In this document: positions 26,087 to 35,761 of the stretch, piece after piece
How the letters are laid out: the number at the start of each line of letters is the position of its first letter
Position numbering within the stretch: the first letter of the stretch is position 1
Origin: a virus
Strand: one strand, 5' to 3'
Length of the DNA stretch: 64,000 bases
IMG/VR virus record: IMGVR_UViG_3300027865_000007
The notes under the pieces: model-generated
Database searches by the model: none
What the model saw: the letters and a program-made list of their open reading frames with translations, nothing else
What the model was told of the DNA's origin: nothing
Position numbers and translations under genes: made by a program

Positions 26087-29000
26087 ATGGCAGCCTTTCA
26101 TCCCCCCGAGTCCACGACTGATCTTCTACATAATAGGTACTACCAGAAGGGCGAAGACTGGGAAGGGCTGTGCAGGCGAGTTGCTCACACGGCAGCCCAG
26201 GTAGAGCCCAAGAGTAAGAGAGCCGAGTGGGAGGGCAAGTTCTTCGAACTTCTCCACTCCGCCGAGGGCCTTCCTAATACCCCAGCCCTAGTAAACCTAG
26301 GTGCCAACCACGCTGGGTCAGTAGCAGCCTGCTTCTCTTTCAGACCAGACGACCATATGACCTCAATTATGGAGGTCTCTCGACTGGCTGCTATGACTCT
26401 AAAGTTTGGTGGCGGGGCAGGCTTCGAGTTATCCCTCCTTAGGCCTGCCGGATCTGCAGTTCAGTCCACCCACAAGCAGGCAATGGGCCCTGTTGGCGTG
26501 ATGAAGTTCTACAATTCTGTAGGCGATATGATCACCCAGGCAGGCATCCGTAAGGCTGCCCTCATAGCTATCCTTCGGATCGACCACCCCGATGTAATTC
26601 ACTTTATGCAGGCCAAGTCTGAGGACAAGCAGCTAGCCAACTTCAACATCTCTGTATCCATCACCGATGGGTTTATGAAGAAGCTCTCTAGCACCCCTGA
26701 GAGGCCCCACATCGCTCGTTTCGGTGGCAAGCAGTACTATATCCTTACCGATGGTACCGCCGTTCTGAAGGCCGAAAGAGGCTCAAAAGAGGTCCTCTCA
26801 GTAGAAGATACTTGGAACCTCCTCTGTGAGGGCGGCTCGCTGAATGGGGATCCAGGCATCTACTTTGTAGACCACGCCAACAAGAACAATCCTCTGCTGG
26901 AGACTCCTGGAGACACAGAGAGCCCCTACTATCTCCATGGGACAAACCCATGTGTAACAGGAGACACTAGACTCCATACCCACCTAGGCCTTGTAAAGGC
27001 CAAAGACCTCTGTCAAAGAGGAGATACTCTAGAAGTTACGGTCGACAAGAGGGCCCTCGACCTGCAGGAGAAGGGTACAGAGAAACGACCGGCACTGCCG
27101 ATGGTTATGACAACCAAGGCCGCCCATATATTTCGGCTTAGGACAAAGGAAGGATACAACATCAAGGCCTCCCCCTGGCACGAATTTTACACTACGCGAG
27201 GAAAGTTGAGACTCGAGGAGGTCGAAGTAGGAGACAAGATTCTCATTCAGTCCGGCGAAGGCATATTCGGCCCAGCAGGAACGAAAGAACTCGGGACTAT
27301 CATCGGCCTGATAGCCGGTGACGGCTGTATATCAGATCGAGGGAAAGGCAAGCACGCTGCCGAGATAGACCTCTGGGGCAAGGACAAACCCCTAGCCGAA
27401 AGGCTAGTCAGGTGGGTAAATAACCTTATCGCAGGCTTGTCCCACAATGGTAGAGAGTACAAAGTTAGTGCCGTAAGGCCTAAAGGGACAGACAAAGTGG
27501 TCATCAGATCGACCATCCTGGCACGAGTACTTGCAGATTACTGGTTCACAAAAGAGACAAAGTACGACGTCCCAGAGGTCATATGGTCGGGTACTAGACC
27601 ATGTGTAGTAGGCTACCTACGAGGACTGTTCAGTGCAGACGGCACCGTAAACGCCAGTAGCGGAGGAAATAGCTGTTCCATTCGCCTATCCTCCAGTAAA
27701 CCCCTACTACTAGAGCAGGTCCAGATCCTGCTATCCAACTTCGGAATCTTCTCGAGAATCTACAAGCGCCGCGAAGCTGGAGAGCGTATGCTACCTGACG
27801 GTAAGGGCGGCAAGAAGGTTTACCAGTGCAACGCAGATTACGAGCTGATCATCGACGGAGAATCACGCGGGATCTTTATGGAAAAGGTTGGCTTCCTGCA
27901 GGACTATAAGAATAGCCGATACACGGAGTGGGCCAAAGGCAAGCTACTCCGCAAAACGCAGCAATTCACGGCAGAAGTGTCATCCTTCGAGTACATGGGA
28001 ACCGAGGAAGTCTACGATACCACACAGGAAGACCACAACACTGTGATCTTCAACGGCTTCGTCACAGGACAATGTGGAGAACTGCCTTTAGAGGCTAACG
28101 GGGCCTGCGTCCTCGGATGTGTAGACCTAGCAAAGTTTGTAGTAGAAGAAGAGTTAGACACCGAGCGTCTAGCCACTATATTCAGAACGATGTGTCGGCT
28201 GCTCGAGAATATGACAGACATATCCGAGTGGCCAGACGAGGTAATAAAAGAGACTGTCCTGCGGACAAGAAGAATTGGCGTTGGAGTTATGGGCTTTGCC
28301 TCTATGCTAGATAAGCTTGGCATTATGTATGGCTCTGACGAGTGCATTAAGATGATTGATATCGTCGGCTCCCTAAGAGAGACCGCTTGTGCCGAGGAGT
28401 CCAAGCAGCTAGCTAAGGAGAGAGGTAGCTATCCAGCCTCCATAAATGGCGAGAAGCATAGGAATGTTGCGAGGACTGTAATCGCCCCGACTGGGACACG
28501 GGCAATGATTGCCAATACCTCCTGGGGCATTGAACCTCATCTTTACTGGGCTTTCGAAGAGAGAAGGAATGACCAGAAGAGATTCAGATTCCTTCCGGCC
28601 GTTCACGAATACCTAGACGAAGATACTCTAGCAGACCTCAAAGAGAAGGCGGACGGAAACCTAGAACATCTGAACAATATGATTCAGAGCCAGCTACCAC
28701 TCCATATGACCACGGCCAGGGATCTTTCCCCCGACGCACACCTAAGAGTTGTAGCTCAATGGCAGAGGTACACAGACTCTGCCGTATCAAAGTGCCTATC
28801 CGAAGGCACTTTAGTTCACACGAACAAAGGTATTCTTCCGATAGAGCAGCTCGGGGGTGCTTTCACCCCAGACAAAGTCGCCAAACCTCTCGAAGGACTG
28901 AAGGTTATAGACAAAGACGGGATTCCAAGGAAGGTAACTGCCCATTATTGCGCAGGAAAACTTCCCACAAGACGAATCAGGCTTTCGAACGGATCCACTC

Positions 29001-30619
29001 TCTCAGGCGCTCGCGAGACACATCGGGTTCTCACCCCAAGCGGATGGAAGAGACTCAAAGACCTTCGAGTAGGAGAGGCTGTTTTTGTTAGAGACCGCCA
29101 CCTGTCCCTCGGTAGTCTTGGAAAGAAACCCATCGACTCCGTAGAGATAAGCAGAAACTGCAAGCCAATCACAATCCCGGAAGAGATGTCCGTAGATCTA
29201 GCCTGTTGGCTGGGGATGGTCGCCGCAGACGGATACGTAATAACCAAAACGGGGAGCTCCTGGGTCCAGCTTACGGAAAAGAACCCCAAGGTAGGGAAGA
29301 GATTTGATACCCTGACACAGAAGATTTTTGGGAGGACCCCAAAAGTCAAAGTGGATGGTAGAAACGGAGTGATTTTGCATACAATACACTCCACCCCCTT
29401 AGCCCACTGGACAGAAGCGTTGATTGGAGACTCAGCAAGGACAAAGCACGCCCCGAAGCAAATTCTACACGGGTCTAAGGAAGAGAAGATTTCCTTCGCG
29501 GAGGGATTAACCCTTGATGGATATGTCCTCCCGCAGGGGTCAGGAGGCCTCGTCATCTATGGGGGAATTTCCAAAAGGCTAAGAGACGAAACCGCCGAGA
29601 TCTTGAGAAGTCTCGGTCTCCCGCAGGTAAGAAAGCGCGAAAAGAAAGTTCACGGGAGGAACTATAACTGCTACATAGTAGAGGTTAGGGAAGATCTTCA
29701 AGAGCTGATAGATCCAATCGAAAAGCACAAGAGCGTTTCCCCAAGTAGGAAAAGGTCTCTTGTGGGAATCGATCCGTCTGCGGTGGAGAACCTAAAGATT
29801 TCGTGCCTAGACCCTCGCTATAGAGGGTGGCTGTCTCTGCGAGCTAGGAAGAGAGATTACTGCTGGTCGACCACTGCGAGATCTCTAGAGCTCCAAGTTC
29901 TTGGTCGTGTGGAAAAGGTTACCCTTATTGAAGACCCAAGAGAGACCCAAATGTTCGACATCCAGGTCGAAGGAAATCATAGCTACCTTATCGACGGAAT
30001 CGTCTCCCACAACACAATCGTAGCTCCCTTCGAAGTTCTAACTCCTGAGAAGGTTAGCGAGATCTACCGCTTTGCTTGGGAGAGCAAACTCAAGGGTCTT
30101 ACGGTCTACCCAGAAGGCTCCCGTCAGGGAGAACCAATGAGTATTGGCAGGAAGAAGAAGACCCACGCTGGCCGACCGAAGAAGCTCCCAAGCGAGACTT
30201 ACGAAGAAGAGGTAATGATTGGCAGAGACCTTGTACAGGCCTTCTGCTTCGTAGGATTGAATCCCAAGAATCTAAAGGAGCCGGTCGAGGTTTTCCTAAA
30301 GCATCCCCACGTTGAGGATCCAACAGCCATTCAGTTCATCGATGTTCTCACCAGAATGATCTCCCTTGCTCTCAGACATAGACGGTGTCCGTCCTGCGGA
30401 GAAGAGGCCGTTCCGCTAGGTGAGATAATCAAACAACTCAGGAAGACCGATGGTCAGTCCCTCTATTCTGTCCCGGGCATCTTCGTAAAAGCGTTAGGCG
30501 AGTACCTAGGGCCAGGAGAATCAGTAGGGAAATGCCCCGACCACAAGTGCAAGGGCGAGCTAACTATAATCGAAGGCTGCCAGGTCTGTATGTCCTGTAA
30601 GTGGCGAGCCTGCGGCTAA
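26087..30619 (+). CDS. nrdJ: class II (adenosylcobalamin-dependent) ribonucleotide reductase interrupted by two inteins
   Basis: N-terminal LPNTPALVNLG...SVAACFSF...GGGAGFELSLLRP matches NrdJ. The NPCGE motif is split by insertion 1; the SK|T(INLP)-type motif by insertion 2. Extein is about 729 aa after removing both. Confidence 0.9.
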   Translation: MAAFHPPESTTDLLHNRYYQKGEDWEGLCRRVAHTAAQVEPKSKRAEWEGKFFELLHSAEGLPNTPALVNLGANHAGSVAACFSFRPDDHMTSIMEVSRLAAMTLKFGGGAGFELSLLRPAGSAVQSTHKQAMGPVGVMKFYNSVGDMITQAGIRKAALIAILRIDHPDVIHFMQAKSEDKQLANFNISVSITDGFMKKLSSTPERPHIARFGGKQYYILTDGTAVLKAERGSKEVLSVEDTWNLLCEGGSLNGDPGIYFVDHANKNNPLLETPGDTESPYYLHGTNPCVTGDTRLHTHLGLVKAKDLCQRGDTLEVTVDKRALDLQEKGTEKRPALPMVMTTKAAHIFRLRTKEGYNIKASPWHEFYTTRGKLRLEEVEVGDKILIQSGEGIFGPAGTKELGTIIGLIAGDGCISDRGKGKHAAEIDLWGKDKPLAERLVRWVNNLIAGLSHNGREYKVSAVRPKGTDKVVIRSTILARVLADYWFTKETKYDVPEVIWSGTRPCVVGYLRGLFSADGTVNASSGGNSCSIRLSSSKPLLLEQVQILLSNFGIFSRIYKRREAGERMLPDGKGGKKVYQCNADYELIIDGESRGIFMEKVGFLQDYKNSRYTEWAKGKLLRKTQQFTAEVSSFEYMGTEEVYDTTQEDHNTVIFNGFVTGQCGELPLEANGACVLGCVDLAKFVVEEELDTERLATIFRTMCRLLENMTDISEWPDEVIKETVLRTRRIGVGVMGFASMLDKLGIMYGSDECIKMIDIVGSLRETACAEESKQLAKERGSYPASINGEKHRNVARTVIAPTGTRAMIANTSWGIEPHLYWAFEERRNDQKRFRFLPAVHEYLDEDTLADLKEKADGNLEHLNNMIQSQLPLHMTTARDLSPDAHLRVVAQWQRYTDSAVSKCLSEGTLVHTNKGILPIEQLGGAFTPDKVAKPLEGLKVIDKDGIPRKVTAHYCAGKLPTRRIRLSNGSTLSGARETHRVLTPSGWKRLKDLRVGEAVFVRDRHLSLGSLGKKPIDSVEISRNCKPITIPEEMSVDLACWLGMVAADGYVITKTGSSWVQLTEKNPKVGKRFDTLTQKIFGRTPKVKVDGRNGVILHTIHSTPLAHWTEALIGDSARTKHAPKQILHGSKEEKISFAEGLTLDGYVLPQGSGGLVIYGGISKRLRDETAEILRSLGLPQVRKREKKVHGRNYNCYIVEVREDLQELIDPIEKHKSVSPSRKRSLVGIDPSAVENLKISCLDPRYRGWLSLRARKRDYCWSTTARSLELQVLGRVEKVTLIEDPRETQMFDIQVEGNHSYLIDGIVSHNTIVAPFEVLTPEKVSEIYRFAWESKLKGLTVYPEGSRQGEPMSIGRKKKTHAGRPKKLPSETYEEEVMIGRDLVQAFCFVGLNPKNLKEPVEVFLKHPHVEDPTAIQFIDVLTRMISLALRHRRCPSCGEEAVPLGEIIKQLRKTDGQSLYSVPGIFVKALGEYLGPGESVGKCPDHKCKGELTIIEGCQVCMSCKWRACG
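26951..28072 (+). mobile_element. intein 1 in nrdJ, inserted within the NP|CGE active-site motif, with LAGLIDADG-like homing endonuclease region
   Basis: Starts CVTGDTRLHT right after HGTNP. Contains IIGLIAGDGCISD (LAGLIDADG-like). Extein resumes CGELPL. C-terminal intein residues would be ...NGFVTGQ (Gln-terminal); alternative end at DHN (28039) cannot be excluded. Confidence 0.65.
28793..30013 (+). mobile_element. intein 2 in nrdJ with LAGLIDADG-like endonuclease region
   Basis: Begins CLSEGTLVHT after DSAVSK, ends ...YLIDGIVSHN followed by Thr (+1). Contains WLGMVAADGYVI motif. Flanks reconstitute SAVSK|TIVAP. Confidence 0.8.
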
Positions 30620-30627
30620 GGAGAGAA

Positions 30628-30915
30628 ATGTGCACTAACTGGACTGATGAGTATATTGGCAGAAGTAGTACTGCCGAAGCAAAAGAGAGGCTTAGAGTTT
30701 CTCTAGAGATTGCCGTAGAGAGAGCCCTCCTCCAGATGGTCGAGGCCGGTGCTATCTTCAGGCCCAACATCGATGTCGAGGTCAATGATAAGACCGGCAT
30801 TGCACACTTTCGCATCGCCTACATTGTGCCAAGCAACCACATCAAGATAGAAATTGTGCTCGACGAGCCGGAGGAGAGAGACCCAATGGCTCTTCTGAAG
30901 AAGGCGCTGGGATAG
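30628..30915 (+). CDS. hypothetical protein
   Basis: ATG 30628 with AAGGAG RBS. Confidence 0.4.
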   Translation: MCTNWTDEYIGRSSTAEAKERLRVSLEIAVERALLQMVEAGAIFRPNIDVEVNDKTGIAHFRIAYIVPSNHIKIEIVLDEPEERDPMALLKKALG

Positions 30916-30918
30916 GTA

Positions 30919-31095
30919 ATGAGCGCACCCAACGAGGAGTGGCCCACAACCGATGAGATCTGCTGCAGCGAGCCACTTCTCTCCAAACCTTCTGGTGAAG
31001 GAGTGTGGTGGAGTTGGTCCGACCTAATCCCACCCCAAGAACCCCGAGAGTTCCTGGAACTCTTCATTGAACTTCTAAAGGAAACCGCTAGGTAA
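30919..31095 (+). CDS. small hypothetical protein (58 aa)
   Basis: MSAPNEEWPTTDEICCSEPLL...; fills the gap before the kinase gene. Confidence 0.25.
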   Translation: MSAPNEEWPTTDEICCSEPLLSKPSGEGVWWSWSDLIPPQEPREFLELFIELLKETAR

Positions 31096-31097
31096 GA

Positions 31098-32042
31098 ATG
31101 CCATCAATTGTTGTAGTAGGCGACCTCCTAATCGACCGGTACCTCTACTGTACCCCTAAAGGCCTCTCTCCAGAGGCCCCCATCATATCTATGGATGTGG
31201 ATGAGATTGTTAGCAAGCCGGGCGGGGCAGCTAACGTAATGATGAACCTCCTCGCGCTAAGCAGGCTCCATACAGAGAGAGGCGAGAAGAATGAGGTAGA
31301 GATCAAGTACGTTGGGCCCGTACCAGAGATGCTCTGGACTATCCTCCGCCAGATAAAGGTAGAGGAGCACTTCAACTACTATGCCGGGAGGGCATACCAA
31401 GCCACCGTGAAGAGCCGGATTATCTTCAGAGAACCGTACCAACAGATCATAAGGTTCGACGAGGACAGGAAGACTCCAGTCTCGAAGATAGACGAGGACA
31501 CAATCGTCGCGATGCTCAAGGATAAGAGCTACGACATTGGCCTTGTGTCAGACTACAACCACGGTTCCATCTCCCAGGAAGTATACGATGCGGTCAGGAG
31601 GTCTTGTACTAGAGTTTTAGTTGACCCCAAAGGTGGCAACCCGCGCAAATACCAGGACGCAACCCTCATCACGCCAAATACGGAGGAACTGGGGACTCTG
31701 ACCGGACACCGGCCCTGGTCTCCGGGGAAGGACGAGGCAAGAAAGCTACAGGCCTGGTGTGGTGGCGCAGACGTCATCCACAAGGTGGGAGAGCATGGGT
31801 GCATCCACTATACTGAGAAGAGCGACCCCGTAGTCTATCTGGCATATAGAAATGGGCACGCAGTCATAGATCCGACAGGTGCAGGAGATACCTTCATTGC
31901 TATGCTAGCCTGGTGCTTCAGTCTCGACATCCCAACAGACAAAGCTATCAAAGCGGCAACTAGACTGGCGGGTATAAGCGTAACCCAACCAGGATGTTTC
32001 GTTCCCGAAGACAAAGACTATACAGATGCCCTCTATCCTTGA
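31098..32042 (+). CDS. pfkB-family sugar kinase, D-glycero-beta-D-manno-heptose-7-phosphate kinase-like (HldE/RfaE domain I type)
   Basis: VVVGDLLIDRYLYC...LSPEAP N-terminus and C-terminal DPTGAGDTF motif. Confidence 0.7.
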   Translation: MPSIVVVGDLLIDRYLYCTPKGLSPEAPIISMDVDEIVSKPGGAANVMMNLLALSRLHTERGEKNEVEIKYVGPVPEMLWTILRQIKVEEHFNYYAGRAYQATVKSRIIFREPYQQIIRFDEDRKTPVSKIDEDTIVAMLKDKSYDIGLVSDYNHGSISQEVYDAVRRSCTRVLVDPKGGNPRKYQDATLITPNTEELGTLTGHRPWSPGKDEARKLQAWCGGADVIHKVGEHGCIHYTEKSDPVVYLAYRNGHAVIDPTGAGDTFIAMLAWCFSLDIPTDKAIKAATRLAGISVTQPGCFVPEDKDYTDALYP

Positions 32043-32430
32043 GAAGACTGTAGCCGTTACTGGGTGCTACCAAATATTGCACCGAGGCCACGTTATTCTT
32101 CTGGAGAAGTGCAGGAAGCTAGGCAAGCTGACGGTTCTGCTCAACAGCGACGAGAGTGTGCTGAGGCTCAAGAACTATCTCGCAGAATCCTGGGAGACAA
32201 GACGCGATAACCTACTAGCTACAGGGCTAGTAGATAGGGTTCTAAGCATCGAAGATGATCCAACCATAATGATTTGGTTCCTCAAGCCAGACATTCTAGT
32301 AGCAGGAGACGACCACGACTATAGTGCCATTATGAGCAGGGGAGGGAAGTACGCAGGTGAAGTTATAACCTTCCCATACACTGAGGGGATCTGCTCGACA
32401 GATCTCTACAAGAAAAGTAAGAAGGAATGA
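32026..32430 (+). CDS. cytidylyltransferase-fold heptose-1-phosphate adenylyltransferase-like (HldE/RfaE domain II type)
   Basis: VAVTGCYQILHRGH (HxGH NTase motif) ... LNSDESVLRLK ... KPDILVAGDD. Confidence 0.7.
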   Translation: MPSILEKTVAVTGCYQILHRGHVILLEKCRKLGKLTVLLNSDESVLRLKNYLAESWETRRDNLLATGLVDRVLSIEDDPTIMIWFLKPDILVAGDDHDYSAIMSRGGKYAGEVITFPYTEGICSTDLYKKSKKE

Positions 32431-33209
32431 ACGCACCATACGAGAAGATCATAGTAAAGCTTAGATTCTCCGATGACTATTTCACCGCTAGGGTATCGTC
32501 CTCCTTTGGTAAGCTCCAAACAAAGAAGCGGGTAGAGTGCCTGGACGCTGACCTGACAGCACGTTTCTGGGGACGAGATAGCATCCAGAAGATACAGGAT
32601 GTTCTTGGTCTCACAACATCAGAAAAGATCTCGCTCAGGAACGGACAAACCCTCGGCAAGTACATTCCCCAAACCCTTATGGAGTCGTGGGTCAGGCAGA
32701 GGAAGGAAGCGCGAGTCAAAAGGGAAGATACCGTCCGGAGAATTGAGAAGGTCCTCACCGCCTTACACAAACTCTTCCTAAAAGATCGACGCTATAGAAG
32801 GGCTGCCCAGGGACAGGTTAGCTCTGATATAATGCCATATATGGACGGTTCTACCCTTCTCTGGCTGAGTGTTATCCTCTCGGCAAAGAAGGATTTCCTA
32901 AGATATCACGACGATCCGGATAGAGACGAGATCGAGGACTACAAAACCGCCCGGGACTTTCTCCTTGATGAGGACTACCACATTGACCTTGACCTTCCCG
33001 AACAGAGAGATAAAGGGAAGGGTAAGTTCGTCAATCTGAGAGACCTCCTAGACTTCTGTATTGAGAACTGCCGGGGAAGAAAACTAGATACAGGCCTGAT
33101 AGATCCGTCCACTGAACATCTTAGATCCTCCCTTGCTAAAGCCGCAGGAGATCCTAAACTAATAGCAAAGTACTGTAGAGAAAAAGATTTAGATACTGCC
33201 GCAGCGTAG
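32427..33209 (+). CDS. hypothetical protein
   Basis: 260-aa ORF. Confidence 0.45.
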   Translation: MNAPYEKIIVKLRFSDDYFTARVSSSFGKLQTKKRVECLDADLTARFWGRDSIQKIQDVLGLTTSEKISLRNGQTLGKYIPQTLMESWVRQRKEARVKREDTVRRIEKVLTALHKLFLKDRRYRRAAQGQVSSDIMPYMDGSTLLWLSVILSAKKDFLRYHDDPDRDEIEDYKTARDFLLDEDYHIDLDLPEQRDKGKGKFVNLRDLLDFCIENCRGRKLDTGLIDPSTEHLRSSLAKAAGDPKLIAKYCREKDLDTAAA

Positions 33210-33237
33210 TACCAACATAGTAGAGTCGGAGGAAGCC

Positions 33238-33597
33238 TTGTCTAAAGGGGTAAAGCACGACCAAAATAAGACCCGCTGGAGCCTACTGCCGTGGCGAGAA
33301 GTCGAAGAGATCGTGCGAGTCCTTATGCACGGGAGCAGGGAATACAACGACTACAACTGGCAGAAGGTCGAGAATGGGAGAGAACGATACTTCAACGCCG
33401 CGAAGAGACACCTCTTAGCGTGGTGGCAGGGAGAGAGACCCGACCCGGAGAGCAAACTCCCCCACCTAGCTCACGCAGCTTGCTGCATCCTATTCCTAAT
33501 GTGGCTGGACAACGAGGAGGATCGCAAAGAGTATACTAAGCTTTTCACAGACGACGAAGACACTTTCGAAGACGATAAAGACCAGAGACATAACTAA
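33238..33597 (+). CDS. dATP/dGTP diphosphohydrolase N-terminal domain-like protein (MazG-partner domain, DUF5664-like)
   Basis: KHDQNKTRWSLLP ... YNDYNW ... RHLLAWWQGERPDPESKLPHLAHAACCILFL follows the conserved pattern of this phage-associated domain. Confidence 0.5.
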   Translation: MSKGVKHDQNKTRWSLLPWREVEEIVRVLMHGSREYNDYNWQKVENGRERYFNAAKRHLLAWWQGERPDPESKLPHLAHAACCILFLMWLDNEEDRKEYTKLFTDDEDTFEDDKDQRHN

Positions 33598-33613
33598 CGC
33601 ATCACGGAGCAAT

Positions 33614-34696
33614 ATGGCAAAAAAGAGTAAAGGGAATGGCAAGGCCGTTCCCGCAAACTGGGACCTAGTAGTATCAAGTCTAACTAAGAAGCTCGGAGGC
33701 AGCCAGGCACTTTTCCGCCTGGACGATATGCCCCAAGCTCTAGACGTAGAAGTCATCCCAACAGGAATAGCCGGACTAGACAATGCCCTCGGGGTTTTCG
33801 GATTCCCGAAGGGAAGAATCATAGAGGTCTACGGACCAGAATCTTCAGGGAAGACCTCGTTAGCCCTGATGACCATTGCCCAGGCACAAAAGCTTTACCC
33901 CGACCGACCCGTCCTATACGTCGATCTAGAACACGCCCTAGAGCCAGTCTGGATGGCTACGCTAGGCGTACAGAGCAATACCCTCTGGATCGCCCAGCCT
34001 AACTGTGCAGAGGACGCACTACAGGTAGTCCTCACAGCAGCAGAGACCGGAGAGCCTGTACTCATCGTTCTTGACTCAGTCGCAAGCCTTTCGCCCCTTG
34101 CTGAGATTGAGGGAGAGATGTCCGACCAACAGATGGGACAGGTCGGCAGGCTGATGGGCAAGTTCTGCAGGAAGATCATCCCGGCCCTAAAGAAGAACGG
34201 CACAACTCTTATGTGTATCAACCAGATCCGAGCCAAGCTCGGGCCCTATGGTGGAGAGGCTCGTCCAGGAGGCAACGCCCTCAAGTTCTTCGCGTCGCAG
34301 ATAATTAGAATCAGGAAGAGCGGAGACCTAGCCAAGGGCGGCGAGATCATCGGTATCGACGTCACCTGCGAGATAAAGAAGAACAAGGTTGCCCCACCGT
34401 TCAGGTCTGCAATCATTTCTCTCCTGTTCGAGTCTGGTTTCTCCCCGACGCTATCACTTGTGGACTGCGCCGCTGAGGAAGAGATCATCAAGAAGTCAGG
34501 GGCTTGGTACAGCTACAAGGACGAGAACATCGGGCAGGGCCGTTTGAATACGGCAGCATACTTAGAGGGACATCCAGAGGTACGAAACGAAGTCTATGAG
34601 GCATACAAGGCCGCGAAGCTCCAGGTACCTCTAACTTCCCCAGCTTCAATTCCTGCTCCCGAGTCCCTCGACGAGGAGGAATTCTTTGATGCATAG
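33614..34696 (+). CDS. recA: RecA recombinase (bacterial type)
   Basis: GRIIEVYGPESSGKTSLAL (Walker A), LIVLDSVASL, GGNALKFFASQIIRIRK, KAGAWYSY - near-canonical RecA blocks. Confidence 0.95.
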   Translation: MAKKSKGNGKAVPANWDLVVSSLTKKLGGSQALFRLDDMPQALDVEVIPTGIAGLDNALGVFGFPKGRIIEVYGPESSGKTSLALMTIAQAQKLYPDRPVLYVDLEHALEPVWMATLGVQSNTLWIAQPNCAEDALQVVLTAAETGEPVLIVLDSVASLSPLAEIEGEMSDQQMGQVGRLMGKFCRKIIPALKKNGTTLMCINQIRAKLGPYGGEARPGGNALKFFASQIIRIRKSGDLAKGGEIIGIDVTCEIKKNKVAPPFRSAIISLLFESGFSPTLSLVDCAAEEEIIKKSGAWYSYKDENIGQGRLNTAAYLEGHPEVRNEVYEAYKAAKLQVPLTSPASIPAPESLDEEEFFDA

Positions 34697-34958
34697 ATAC
34701 ACTTACTTCTGTAAGAAGTGTGGGCATCACGAGGAGTGCCCCTCCAAAGCCGATTGGGATATCGTAAAGAAGAACCACAAGAGAAGAGGATGCGATCTAT
34801 CCATCGCCCCGGTAGACGGGGGGATGGAAGGGTACTGGGTACTAGCTAGACCTGACCTTGCCAGCGACCTAAAAGAAGTCTGGGATAAGAGAGCAAAGGA
34901 AAGAGAAGAGAATGAACAAGAGAATGATATTGATCCTGGATCAGACACAGGAATCTAA
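34686..34958 (+). CDS. small zinc-ribbon protein
   Basis: CKKCGHHEEC motif. Confidence 0.4.
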   Translation: MMHRYTYFCKKCGHHEECPSKADWDIVKKNHKRRGCDLSIAPVDGGMEGYWVLARPDLASDLKEVWDKRAKEREENEQENDIDPGSDTGI

Positions 34959-35136
34959 AGACGCCGAGACTTTCCTGTCAGGCAAAAACGTACCCTTCGA
35001 AATCCTCATCGCGTCGTCCATATGGAAAGAAATAGGATACTCCTTCCCAACCCTCCTTACAGGCAAGAAGGTTTACCAAGGGCTAGAGGAGATCAGAAAG
35101 GTACCGAAGGACCTTCATTATGGTGCACCAAGTTGA
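34912..35136 (+). CDS. glutaredoxin-fold-like protein lacking CxxC
   Basis: Secondary-structure-like pattern MILILD...VPFEIL...PTLL...G; no active-site Cys. Confidence 0.3.
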   Translation: MNKRMILILDQTQESKDAETFLSGKNVPFEILIASSIWKEIGYSFPTLLTGKKVYQGLEEIRKVPKDLHYGAPS

Positions 35137-35758
35137 AGACTACACCAGAGCTACCCTGCCAGTAGAGATAGACATTCCATCCAAAGGGTGTAAGGACTGC
35201 TCCCTATCTGAGAAGTCCTTTCCCATCCGACCAAGGGGCAATTACGATGCTAGAGTTATACTTGTTGGCGAGGCTCCGGGGAAAGTAGAGGAAGCAGAGA
35301 ACTGTTTCTTCATAGGCCCCGCCGGACGTTTGCTAGCTGAAGCTACTAAAGGGCTGGGGTTTAGCCTAGACGAAAACTTCTTCGTTATGAATACGGTTCT
35401 CTGCCGACCCCACCCACCAGCAGGGGTCAGGAAAGAAAATCGATTGCCAACGGCTACAGAGATCGCTGAGTGCCGACCTCACCTTGAAAAGATAGTAGAG
35501 GCGCACAACCCAGACCTAGTAGTTGTGATTGGCGGGGTAGCCGCCAAGGCCGTAATGAAGAAGTACCCCGGTTCTGTAGGTCGAACCGTCAACCGCTTCT
35601 TCGGATCTGACGAGCATAACCTACCTACAAGCGCAGACCTCTTCGCAATCTGGCACCCAGCCTATATCCTCCGGAATATGACGGAGAAGCCTGGCTGGAC
35701 AAAACAACTGGTCAAACTCAGGGACTATATGATCGGACGAGGATTAGTAATCGGATAA
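35120..35758 (+). CDS. uracil-DNA glycosylase, family 4
   Basis: CKDCSL (Fe-S Cys cluster start), VILVGEAPGKVEE, GPAGRLL, NTVLCRP motifs. Confidence 0.75.
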   Translation: MVHQVEDYTRATLPVEIDIPSKGCKDCSLSEKSFPIRPRGNYDARVILVGEAPGKVEEAENCFFIGPAGRLLAEATKGLGFSLDENFFVMNTVLCRPHPPAGVRKENRLPTATEIAECRPHLEKIVEAHNPDLVVVIGGVAAKAVMKKYPGSVGRTVNRFFGSDEHNLPTSADLFAIWHPAYILRNMTEKPGWTKQLVKLRDYMIGRGLVIG

Positions 35759-35761
35759 CGA

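Noticed and set aside
28031-28039. Alternative C-terminal boundary of intein 1 at DHN (28037-28039) with +1 Thr
   Set aside because: It would leave an 11-residue insertion (TVIFNGFVTGQ) inside the otherwise perfectly conserved NPCGE motif. The Gln-terminal boundary at 28072 restores NPCGELPL. Not fully excluded.
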